Source: Hydrurus foetidus (taxonomy: Eukaryota). Taken from it: a DNA stretch of 64,000 bases. Shown piece by piece: positions 54,798-64,000 of the stretch. The notes beneath the pieces are model-generated. The model was not told where the DNA came from, searched no databases, and was given only the letters and a program-made list of their open reading frames with translations. The stretch's first letter is position 1. Every line of letters starts with the position of its first letter. Location of the stretch: NCBI GenBank assembly GCA_900617105.1, contig UYFQ01000260.1, positions 186,001-250,000 on the forward strand, given 5' to 3'. Made by a program: the position numbers and the translations under genes.

Positions 54798-55719
54798 TCA
54801 GGACGCCTGGGGCAGGCCGCGCTCCGGCCGGGGCGACAGCGTCGCCAGCAGCCGCGCCTGCTCGGCGGGGCGGCGATAGAGGAAGTCCGCCGGCAGGCCC
54901 AGGCGCTGGCTGGCCCGGCAGGGCGGGGAGCCTGGAATCGGGATGCGGTCGGCCAGCCTGCCGGCGGCCTTCAGCATCAGGCTGTCGATCAGGCTCAGGT
55001 CGTATTCGCGGCCCAGGGCCAGCTTCTCGCGCACGACGGGCGGCAGCAGGGAATCGAGGCCCGCGCCAGGGCCGGTGCAGGGCCTGGGCGCGTTGGGCGC
55101 GACCTGGCCCGACTGGATGATGCCGATGAACTCCTCGACGATCGGGTGCGGCTCGAAGCGGTCGACCAGCCTGTCCAGCATCATCAGGAAGTCGGCCGTG
55201 GAGCTGGGCGAATAGCGCACGCCGTACAGGTGGGCGATGGATGGGCCTCTGGTAGAAGCGGGTCTTGTCGGCCTCCGACAGGGGCGAGACGAAGCGGTCA
55301 TAGGCGTTGAGAAAGCCATAGCCCGCCGTGGCGCTGACCCAGTCCAGCAGTTCGACATCCAGGGCCTTGTAGGCTTCGCCGCCGGGCGTGTGGCCGCCCA
55401 CGCGGCTGTGCATGTTGGTCACACCCTGGATCACCCGCCGCGCGGCGCTCTGCGGGCCATAGACCCCGACCATGGCCGCGATGCCGGTGCGCTTGGAGCG
55501 GCCGATGGGATCAGCCTTGTAGGTCGAATGGTCCCAGACGCCGGAGCGGATGCGGGCGTCGGCGAACTCCAGCAGCACCGCCGCCACCCCGCCGATCACC
55601 AGGGCGATGGGGTTCTTGTAGATGCGCCAGTGCACCGAGCCGGGGTCGAGATAGGCCGCCTCGCCCGGTGGATTGGCGTAGTCGATCTTCCAGCCCAGAT
55701 AGGAGGACGGCGCGGTCAT
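54798..55719 (-). CDS. MpaB/DUF2236-family oxygenase (frameshifted)
   Basis: GGVAAVLLE, GVWDHS.YK.DPIGR.KRT, HSRVGG..P.GEAYKALD.ELLDWV. Confidence 0.82.
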
Positions 55720-55828
55720 GGTGTTTCTCCAGCTGGAGGAAAGGTCGGTATCGGCGCTGCGGTCGCAAGCTATCAGAATTGACAGGGTCTGCCCTCGCCA
55801 AGCTGCGGCGAATGCGGCAGGAAGCGCC

Positions 55829-56700
55829 ATGAACCGCTTTGCCTTTCTCGCCCTTGTCCTGGCCGGGGTCTCCTGGGGTCTGGGCTTTCCGCTGGGCAAG
55901 CTGGTCCTGCGCGAAACCGACGCCGCCCACATGGTGCTGTTGCGCTTCGCCTCGGCGGCGGTGGTGGCGGCGCCCTTCGCCCTGATGACCGCAGAGGCGC
56001 GGGCCCTGTTCCGCTCGCCGGTGGTGCTGCTGGCCGGGGCGCTCTATGGCGTGGCGTTCATGGTGCAGTTCGAGGGCTGGCCCATGTCAGCGTCACCCTG
56101 GCGGCCCTGCTGGTCGAAGCCATGCCGGCCCTGATCGCCATCAGCGCCCGCTTCTTCGGCGAGACCGTCAGCCGGGCCTCGTGGGCGAGCGTGATCGCTG
56201 CGACCCTGGGCGCGGCCCTGATCGCCGGCAAGCCGGACGGCGCGGGCTCGCCCCTGGGCGTGGCCCTGTCGGTGGGCTCGCTGTTCATCTTCCTGGCCTG
56301 GCTGATCGTCATGCGCCGCGCGCCCAAGGTGAAGGCGCCGATGGCCATTCCGGCGGTGACGATGATCGTGGCGGCGGCGACCATCCTGCCCATCGCCCTG
56401 CTGATGCACGGCCCGCCCAGGCTGGACCTCAGCCCCGTCGCCTGGGGCAGCATCATCGGCCAGGGCGTGGTGGCGACCCTGCTGGCCACGGCCGCCTGGC
56501 AGTACGGCTCGGCTCGGGTCGGCGCCGCCAGCGCCGGGGTCTTCATCAATATCGAGCCTCTGATGGGCGCGGCCATCGGCGTGATGCTGTTTGGCGACCA
56601 CCTGACCGTGGCCCTGTGCGCCGGCGGCCTGCTGATCGTCGCCGGCAGTTTCGCAGTGGTGATGGGGGAGAGGAAGGCGGGCGTTGTCGAGGCTGTTTAG
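55829..56700 (+). CDS. EamA/DMT-family transporter (frameshift ~56078)
   Basis: Predominantly hydrophobic multi-TM protein; SWGLGFPLGK, LLRF, INIEPL. Confidence 0.88.
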
Positions 56701-56711
56701 CCACCTAACAG

Positions 56712-56831
56712 CCCGCTCTCCCGGCGAAGGCCGGGGCCCAGATTCAGCCTGAGCGTTGGCGATGACGCGCCGTCCGACAAGCTGAACCATGGATCCCGGG
56801 TCGACGGGCCGGGATGACGCCGGAGAGCGGG
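56712..56831. repeat. REP-like palindrome related to family B
   Basis: CCCGCTCTCCCGGCGAAGGCCGGGGCCC...GGGCCGGGATGACGCCGGAGAGCGGG; lies between convergent genes. Confidence 0.65.
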
Positions 56832-56843
56832 AAAGGGGAGACT

Positions 56844-58311
56844 CTAAGCCGCTTTTTGCCTTCTTCTTCTCGAACTTCATCGCCCCGTCGTCCACCTTGC
56901 CCATCTTCAGGGCCATCAGGTCGAGGGCGTAGTTCTGATAGGCCTTCCACGGCTTCTTGACGCCCTGCTTGGGGAACTTGGCCATGGCCCGCTGGACGTA
57001 GCCCGACGAGAAATCCAGCCAGGGCTCGGCCTCCATGCCGGCCTCGTCCAGGCGCGGCACGCAGAAGGCCAGCTTGTTGCGGTCCATGTGGTTGAGCAGC
57101 TTGCAGACATACTCGCTGGTCAGGTCGGCCTTCAGCGTCCACGAGGCGTTGGTATAGCCGAACGCCGAGGCCAGGTTGGGCACGTCGCTGAACATCATGC
57201 CCTTGTAGCTCATGGCCTTGGACAGATCGGCCACCTTGCCGTCGATCACCAGCTCCATGCCGCTGAGCAGCTGCATCTGCAGGCCGGTGGCGGTGACCAC
57301 GACGTCGGCGTCGAGGGTCTTGCCGGACTTCAGTTTCAGCCCGGTCGGCGTGAAGCTGTCGATATGGTCGGTGACCACCGAGGCCTTGCCGCCCTTGAGG
57401 GCGTCGAACAGGTCGGCGTCGGGCACCAGGCACAGGCGTTGGTCCCAGGGATTGTAGCTGGGGGTGAAGTGGGTGGCGATGTCGTAGTCGGGGCCCAGAT
57501 GGCCGCGCACCAGCTCGATCAGCTGGGCCTTGGTCTTTTCCGGCTTCTTGCGGGCGATGTTGAAGAACAGCATCTGCATCAGCACGTTCTTCCAGCGCGT
57601 GATGCCATAGGCGGTCATGGCCGGCAGCTTGGCGCGCAGCCAGTTGGCGATGCCGTCCTCGGCCGGGCGCGAGACCACATAGGTGGGCGAGCGCTGCAGC
57701 ATGGTCACGTGGCGGGCGGTCTTGGCCATTTCCGGCACCAGGGTGACGGCGGTGGCGCCGCTGCCGATCACCACGACGCTCTTGCCGGCATAGTCGAGGT
57801 CGGCGGGCCAGAACTGCGGATGGACGATCTTGCCGCCGAAGCTTTCGACGCCGGCGAAGTCGGGCGTGTAGCCGGCGGCGTAGTCGTAATAGCCGGCGCA
57901 CATATAGAGGAAGTTGCAGCTGACGGTGACGCGCTTGCCCGCATGCTCGGCCTCGACCGTCCAGGTGGCGGTGTCGGAAGACCAGCTGGCGCGTTTGACG
58001 TGGTGGCCGTAGCGGATCTTCTTGTCGATGCCGTATTCGGTGGCGGTCTCGCGCACATAGTTCAGGATCGACGGGCCGTCGGCGATGGCCTTGGCCTGCC
58101 GCCACGGCTTGAACGAATAGCCCAGGGTGTACATGTCGCTGTCGGAGCGGATGCCGGGATAGCGGAACAGGTCCCAGGTGCCGCCGATCGCCTCGCGGCC
58201 TTCGAGGATCGCATAGGTCTTGCCCGGGCAATTGGCCTGCAGGTGGTAGCCCGCGCCTATGCCCGACAGGCCCGCGCCCACAATAAGAACGTCGAAGTGC
58301 TCGGTCGCCAT
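56844..58311 (-). CDS. FAD-containing Baeyer-Villiger-type monooxygenase (EthA-like)
   Basis: VLIVGAGLSGIG, GGTWDLFRYPGIRSDSD, F.GKIVHPQFWP, IGSGATAVT, PWDQRLCLVPD; true stop probably 56844-46. Confidence 0.92.
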
Positions 58312-58473
58312 GCCGTATCCCGCCCCTGATGGATGGTCCGGCTGTTCCGGACGCCTTGATATCTGATCAGTGTTCACCAACAAACGACCGTTTCGACGTA
58401 GCGTCAACCACGACGCGTCGAAGCGGCGTCGGTTTTCATTGCGCACGGTCGGCTCTGGCGCGTATTGCGGGGC

Positions 58474-59364
58474 ATGTCCCTGCGCGATTTCGGTGTCCTG
58501 GTCCTGATCTGTCTGGTCTGGGCCGGCAACAACATCATCTCCAAGATCGTGGTGTCCCACTGGGGCGTGCCGCCGCTGGCCTATGCGTCGGTGCGGTTCG
58601 CGCTGGTGGCTCTGGTGACCTTGCCGTGGCTGTTCCCGGCGCCGCGCCCGGTGTGGCGGCTGATCCTGGTGGCCCTGCTGATGGGGGCGGGCAATTTCGC
58701 GCTGCTGTTCATGGGCTTCAAGACCGCCTCACCGTCGGCCGCCTCGGTGATCATCCAGCTGGGCGTGCCGTTCACGACCATCCTGTCGGTCATCATCCTG
58801 GGCGAGCGCATCCGCTGGAAGCGCGGCCTGGGCATCGCCCTGACCCTGGCCGGGGCGGTGGTGGTGATGTGGAGCCCGCATGGGCTGGAGCTGTCGGCCG
58901 GCCTGTGGCTGATCGCGGCGGCGGCCTTCACCGGCTCGCTGGGCGCGGTGATGATGAAGCAGATGGAAGGCGTCAAACCCTTGCAGTTCCAGGCCTGGGT
59001 CGGCTTCTCCTCGTTCCTGCCCCTGGCCCTGATCAGCGCCGTGACCGAGCCTGGCTCTGTTCCGGCGGCGCTCAACGCCGGCTGGCCGTTCGTGGCGGCG
59101 GTGGTGTTCTCGGCCCTGGTGGTCTCGGTCGTGGGGCACACGGCCTATTACGGCCTGATCCAGAGTACGAGGCCAATCTGATCGCGCCCTTGACCCTGAT
59201 GACGCCGCTGATGACCATCGCCTTGGGCGTGCTGATCACCCATGATCATTTCGACCTGCGGATGGGTGTCGGCGCGGCCCTGGCTTTGCTAGGCGTTCTG
59301 GTCATCGCCCTGCGCAAGAACCAGGTGATGCCCTGCTGATGTCTATCGGAACCGCGTCCAATGA
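58474..59364 (+). CDS. EamA/DMT-family transporter (frameshifted)
   Basis: LVWAGN, VRFALV, QLGVPFTTILSVIILGERI, LIAPLTLMTP. Confidence 0.85.
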
Positions 59365-60084
59365 CCCTGCCGCTGATCGAAGCGCCGTCGCCCAATTCGA
59401 CGCCCGCAAGGCCGTGCCTGACTGCGTTATCCTGCACTATACCGGCATGGAAACCGGCGAGGCCGCGATCGAGCGCCTGCGCGATCCGCAAGCCAAGGTC
59501 TCGGCCCACTATGTGGTCGAGGAAGACGGCCGCATCTTCCGCCTGGTGGCTGAGGAGCGCCGCGCCTGGCACGCCAGGGGCCGCCTTCTGGAAGGGCGTC
59601 AAGGACATCAACTCGGCCTCGATCGGCATCGAGATCGTCAATCCCGGCCACGAGTTCGGCTATCGCGCCTTTCCCGACGCCCAGATCGCTTCGGTGATCA
59701 ACCTGCTGGCCGATGTGCGCTCGCGCTGGATGATCTCCGACAGCCGGATCCTCGGCCATTCCGACATCGCCCCGGCCCGCAAGATCGATCCGGGCGAGCT
59801 CTTCCCTGAAGCGCCTGGCCGAAAGCGGCCACGGCCTGTGGATCGAGCCGCCCCCGTCGCCCGGCGCGCCGCTGGGCGAGGGCGAGGAGGGCACCGGCGT
59901 CTTCGCCCTGCAGGCCGGCCTGACCCGCCTGGGCTATGACTGCGCGCCGACCGGCAAGTACGACGCCCACACCACCACGATCGTCTCGGCCTTCCAGCGC
60001 CACTGGCTGCAGACCCGCTTCGACGGCATCGCCGACGGTGAGACCCGCGCCCGGCTGGTGGGGTTGCTGCGGGCGGGCGACTGA
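59361..60084 (+). CDS. N-acetylmuramoyl-L-alanine amidase (AmpD/AmiR-like) with PG-binding domain (frameshifted)
   Basis: ILHYTGM, VSAHYVV, RRAWHA, NSASIGIEIVNPG, GHSDIAPARKIDPG, SAFQRHW. Confidence 0.9.
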
Positions 60085-60689
60085 TGCATCCCGCCCAGCT
60101 GTTCAGGGTCGAGGATCGCGACACGCTGCTCGCCTTCCTGCGCCAGCATCCGTTCGTAACCCTAGCCGCCAGCGTCGGCGGCCGGCCGATGGTGGCCCAG
60201 GCGCCGGTTGTGGTGCGCGAGATGCACGACGAACTGGTCATCGACTTCCACCTGTCGCGCGGCAACATCCTGGCGCCGCATCTGGTGCAGGGCTTCCGCG
60301 CGGTGATGCTGGCGACGGGCGAGGACGCCTACATCAGCCCCGACTGGTATGAGAGCGCTGACCAGGTGCCGACCTGGAACTACCTCTCCGTCGAGGCCGA
60401 GGGCTCGGTGGCGGTGCTGAACGAAGCCGAGCTGATCGCCCAGCTCGACAGTCTCTCCGAACAGGAAGAGGCGCGGCTCCTGCCCAAGCCCCTATGGACC
60501 CGCCACAAGATGGCCCCCGGCAAGTTCGAGGCGATGCTGCGCGGCATCATCGGCGGACGACTGTTCGTCGACCGGCTGGAGGGAACCTTCAAGCTGTCGC
60601 AGAACAAGAGCGCGGCCGACCGGCTGGGCGCCGCCAAGGCGCTGGGCAAGCACCCGCTGGCGAAGCTGATGCGTGAGGTCGAGCGCTGA
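60084..60689 (+). CDS. PaiB-like FMN-binding protein
   Basis: HLSRGN, AYISPDWY, VPTWNY, FKLSQNK..ADR. Confidence 0.9.
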   Translation: MHPAQLFRVEDRDTLLAFLRQHPFVTLAASVGGRPMVAQAPVVVREMHDELVIDFHLSRGNILAPHLVQGFRAVMLATGEDAYISPDWYESADQVPTWNYLSVEAEGSVAVLNEAELIAQLDSLSEQEEARLLPKPLWTRHKMAPGKFEAMLRGIIGGRLFVDRLEGTFKLSQNKSAADRLGAAKALGKHPLAKLMREVER

Positions 60690-60714
60690 GGCTCAGCGCC
60701 TTGCTGCCTTGCGT

Positions 60715-61629
60715 TCAGGGCCTGGCCGGGTTCGCCTCACAGAAGCGCACGATGGCGGCGAAGACGCGCTGCGGATCTTCAAGCTCGGGCGTGTGACCCA
60801 GATCGTCAAAGGTCACGCAGGCCGCATCCGGCCGCAGGCGCTGGATGGAATGTGCGTTGCCGGCGGGGTGGGAACGATCGGCCGCGCCCCAGATCGAAAG
60901 CAGGGGCTGGTGGGGGCGTGGCAGTTCGACGTCGGGGTCCATGTAGCACTGGTAGGCGCTGGCGAGTGACCACTGGGCGCCGTGCTGGAAGGACCGCTCA
61001 GCACACCGGCACAGATCGCCGATCATCTCCTGCTTGCCCACAGAAAGCCCGTACCAGGCCGGCATGCGTTTGGGCGCCATGCGGCGCATCGCGACATGGC
61101 CCAGGATCGGCTTGGCCAGGATGCCCTTGGGATCGCGCGCAGCCTTCCAGGCCTTGAACGCCGCGACATCGCCGGCCTGCAACAGGGTCAGGTGGGAGAC
61201 GAGATCGGGATGGCGCGCGGCGATGTCGAGGGCGGCATGACCGGCGACGCAAGAGAACGCCAGGATAGCGCCTGGCCCGGCCACGGCCCTCAGGAAGACC
61301 GCCAGGTCATCATGGGTTTCGCGAAACCCGAAGCGATAGTCTTCTGCAGCGGCCGAAGCCCATCGCCGGCAGCTCAAACGCAATCACCGGAAACGCTGGG
61401 CAAAGATCGCGATCAGGGCGTCATAGACTTCCAGCGTCATCGGCGGATCGACGCTGAAGACGATGGTTTGGCCCTTGCCGGCTTCGCGATAGCGATACTG
61501 CACCTGGGCGACTGGAAGAACCTGACGCCTTCGGAGGCGCTGGCCGGCCAGCCTTCACGATGCCGGCGCATGCGGCCAATGGCCCGCCGTATCCAGGCGC
61601 GTGGCCAGACGCCCGAGCCTCCCGGTCAT
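60715..61629 (-). CDS. Alpha/beta hydrolase (frameshifted)
   Basis: RFRVIAFELP.MG, AFSC(V)AG nucleophile-elbow-like, IWGAAD, LGHTPELEDP. Confidence 0.78.
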
Positions 61630-62051
61630 GGCAGGCGCGCCGCGTTGCGATTGGCGATGAACAGCGCGACACAGGTCAGGGCCAGATAGCCCTCGATCGC
61701 CAGATGGCGCGCCACGATCGAGGACGCGGCGCCCGTCTTGTGGGTCAGCCAGGCATCGCCCAGGGGCAGGATGAGCGCCGCGGTCGCGGTCCAGAACAGG
61801 GCGCGTAGATCCCGCCGGACCAGGAAGATCGCCACCAGCGCCGCGACGAAGGCGGTGCGCAGGGCATAGACCTGCACCCAGGCCACAGCGTCTGCGCCAC
61901 TGACCGGCACGCCATAATAGGTGGCAAAGCCCGTCGGATCGGACAGGGCGCGGGCCACATTCACCGCCTGCAGGAGCGCCAGCGGCACGGACAGCCAGAA
62001 GCCGAAAGTCCGCAGGACGGGTCGGCTCGAAGAGGATGGTGTCAAGGTCAT
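61626..62051 (-). CDS. DUF4267-like membrane protein
   Basis: Four hydrophobic segments; YYGVP, YALR, PLGDAW, H. Confidence 0.72.
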   Translation of the reverse strand: MTLTPSSSSRPVLRTFGFWLSVPLALLQAVNVARALSDPTGFATYYGVPVSGADAVAWVQVYALRTAFVAALVAIFLVRRDLRALFWTATAALILPLGDAWLTHKTGAASSIVARHLAIEGYLALTCVALFIANRNAARLP

Positions 62052-62120
62052 GATGTCTCCTATGGACGAGGAGACTAGCGGGCCAACCGCGGCCTGGACG
62101 CTTGAGTTTCCGCCCATATA

Positions 62121-62137
62121 GGTGAATGAATTTCACC
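62121..62137. promoter_or_regulatory. LysR-type T-N11-A binding site
   Basis: GGTGAA-TGAAT-TTCACC between the divergent LysR and DUF4267 genes. Confidence 0.6.
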
Positions 62138-62138
62138 C

Positions 62139-63059
62139 ATGAAGCGCGACGCCCCCAGCTTTGCCGCCCTTAGGATCTTCGCCGTGGCGGCGCAGCGGCA
62201 GAGTTTTCGCGATGCGGGTCTGGAGCTGGGCCTGACGCCCTCGGCGGTCAGTCACCAGGTGCGGGCCGTGGAAGCCTGGGTCGGCGCGCCGCTGTTTCTG
62301 CGCCAGGTCCGGCAGGTTCGCCTGACGCCGCTCGGCGAAACCCTGAGCGCGCGGTTGTCGCAAGCCTTCTTCGATATCGACACCGCGCTTGGCCAGGCCA
62401 AGCGGCAGTCCGTCTCGACAGGGCTGCGCATCGCGGCGCTGCCGCTGTTCACCAATGTCTGGCTGGTGCCCCGGCTGGCGCGGTTCGAAGCGCTGCATCC
62501 AGACCTTTCCCTGTCGATCGACACCGAGGCGCGGGTGGTGGATCTCGAGAAGGGCGAAGCCGATGTCGCCATCCGCAATGTTGCGGCCGTAACCCCCGGC
62601 CTGTTCGGCCACAAGCTGCTGGACCTGCGCGCCACGCCCCTTTGCACGCCCGAGATGGCGCAGACCGTGCGCGCGCCACAGGACCTGGCCCGGGCCACCT
62701 TGATCGACCTGAGCGTCGGCCGCGCGGGCTGGCCGGAATGGTTTGCGGGGGTCGGTTGCCCGGGGCTTAAGCCGACCCGCACCCTGACCTTCGACAATGT
62801 TCCCTCTGCGATCGACGCCGCAGCGCAGGGGCGCGGCGTGCTTCTGGGCCTGTTGCCGCTGGTGCTCGATGCGCCGAACGCCAGCCAGCTGGTCGCGCCC
62901 CTGAAGCATCCCCCGGTGGATGCGGGGGCCTATTTTGTCGTTTGCCGCAAGGCCGATCGCGCCAGCGCCACCGTCCAGGCCTTCATGCACTGGCTGATCG
63001 AGGAGATGCAGGCGGATGTCGCCCGGCTGCGACGACTGGAGCGCGAGAGGCTGCAGTGA
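62139..63059 (+). CDS. LysR-family regulator (GcvA-like)
   Basis: ALRIFAVAA..SF..A..ELGLTPSAVSHQVR..E..G..LF.R, WLVPRL..F, DVAIR. Confidence 0.93.
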   Translation: MKRDAPSFAALRIFAVAAQRQSFRDAGLELGLTPSAVSHQVRAVEAWVGAPLFLRQVRQVRLTPLGETLSARLSQAFFDIDTALGQAKRQSVSTGLRIAALPLFTNVWLVPRLARFEALHPDLSLSIDTEARVVDLEKGEADVAIRNVAAVTPGLFGHKLLDLRATPLCTPEMAQTVRAPQDLARATLIDLSVGRAGWPEWFAGVGCPGLKPTRTLTFDNVPSAIDAAAQGRGVLLGLLPLVLDAPNASQLVAPLKHPPVDAGAYFVVCRKADRASATVQAFMHWLIEEMQADVARLRRLERERLQ

Positions 63060-63162
63060 TGGGGGGGCTCAGCAGGTGCGCCTTGGTCCGGCTTTGCCCC
63101 CTCGGCCCTGGAAAACGCATGAAAAGTTGACCTGCGTCCCATCCGCCGTCAAACACCGTCCC

Positions 63163-63559
63163 GGACCAGACGGTCGGGCGGTCGCGGTCCTCGCAAGAGG
63201 GCCGAGGAAAGTCCGGGCTCCACGGTGACAAGGCGGCGGGTAACGCCCGCCGGGAGCGATCCCAGGGATAGCGCCACAGAAAGCAAACCTCCTCCCTTTC
63301 GAGGGCGGGAAGGGTGAAAGGGTGGGGTAAGAGCCCACCGCGGACCTGGCGACAGGGACGGCATGGCAAGCCCCGCCTGGAGCAAGACCGAATAGGGACC
63401 CCGCGTCGACCTCGCGTCGACTAGGCCGTCACTGGCTGAGTAGGGTTCGGGTAGGTCGCGAGAACCGTCCAGCAATGGGCGGTCCAGAGGAATGATCGTC
63501 GCATTCTCGCCTCTCGGGGCAAGGGTGGCACAGAACCCGGCTTACAGACCGTCTGGTCC
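63163..63559 (+). ncRNA. rnpB: RNase P RNA, class A
   Basis: GAGGAAAGTCCGGGCTCC, GGGTGAAAGGGTGGGGTAAGAGCCCACC, ACAGAACCCGGCTTA; P1 GGACCAGACGGTC/GACCGTCTGGTCC. Confidence 0.98.
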
Positions 63560-63671
63560 GTCTCTCCCCGTCTTGATTGTGGCGGGGAGGGGGCAGACGC
63601 CCCCCATCCCTCGTCATCGGACGATTTGACCCCTTGCGGGGCAAGCCTTTGGGCGCCCCTAACACTTAACA

Positions 63672-63686
63672 GTTCCGTGTATGTTC
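63672..63686. promoter_or_regulatory. Candidate LexA box upstream of mraZ
   Basis: GTTC-CGTGTAT-GTTC. Confidence 0.5.
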
Positions 63687-63767
63687 TGTTGATGGCTTGT
63701 GATCACAAGTCACGGGCCCGTGCGACATCTTTGTTTTCGCGGCAAAATGCCCGCCGGTGTCATTGTT

Positions 63768-63792
63768 TCCCAGTTCATCCCATGTTAACCCA
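63768..63792. promoter_or_regulatory. MraZ autoregulatory direct repeats
   Basis: TCCCA-N5-TCCCA-N5-ACCCA (three TGGGN repeats at 10-bp spacing on the minus strand). Confidence 0.7.
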
Positions 63793-63850
63793 GTTGGGTC
63801 GGCAGCGATCGGGTTTCGCCGTGCGGCGGGGTCTCAAGGGGTAGGGCGAG

Positions 63851-64000
63851 GTGTTCCTCTCGACGTTCGAGAAGCAGGTGGACGGCAAGCGGCGCATCGT
63901 TGTGCCGCAGGACTTCCGCGCGGCGATCTCGGGCCCCGACGGCGTGGTCTGCTTCCCCTCCATCGAGGCCGATTGCCTGGAAGGTGGCGGAAAAGCCTTG
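63851..64000 (+). CDS. mraZ: MraZ, first gene of the dcw cluster (partial)
   Basis: MFLSTFEKQVDGKRRIVVPQDFR; follows rnpB. Confidence 0.93.
   Translation, partial: MFLSTFEKQVDGKRRIVVPQDFRAAISGPDGVVCFPSIEADCLEGGGKAL

Noticed and set aside
14549..56831. Repeats as a CRISPR array or autonomous IS elements
   Set aside because: Dispersed palindromes with no spacer periodicity, cas genes or transposase
56044..58560. 838-aa extended monooxygenase
   Set aside because: An extra base in the T-run at ~56853 skips the stop at 56844; the extension is antisense to the EamA gene

Overview
GC-rich alphaproteobacterial chromosome segment. The 16S sequence and the flbY-cheL-flgI/fliX-dksA and rnpB-mraZ gene orders point to a Caulobacter. 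The assembly is indel-rich: many conserved genes (uvrA, trmFO, xdhA, puuE, puuD) break at homopolymers, so split ORFs are read as sequencing errors, not pseudogenes. In order, it contains: the kdsA 3' end, an Rrf2 regulator, a full rRNA operon (16S-Ile-Ala-23S-5S-fMet) behind five tandem sigma70-like promoters, a two-domain cold-shock protein and maeB. An ~18-kb purine-catabolism island follows (uraH-xdhABC-guaD; AtzG/AtzE/AtzH-like genes plus nucleoside hydrolase; a formamidase-family gene; allC-pucG-puuE-uraD-puuD-TetR). Next come a COQ7-like gene, an ECF sigma/anti-sigma pair, a furan-fatty-acid-like methyltransferase/FAD/DUF1365 cluster, trmFO, four paralogous membrane proteins, GST, uvrA, flagellar genes, dksA, assorted enzymes and transporters, a peptidoglycan amidase, rnpB and the start of mraZ. 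Best leads: (1) an unannotated ~420-nt highly structured non-coding element after guaD; (2) a GTAA-N8-TTAC operator before all four purine transcription units; (3) an oxalurate branch in which a formamidase-family enzyme may replace HpxW; (4) palindromic repeats absorbed into coding sequence; (5) LexA boxes at uvrA/a small membrane protein and upstream of mraZ. No CRISPR array, transposase or prophage was seen.
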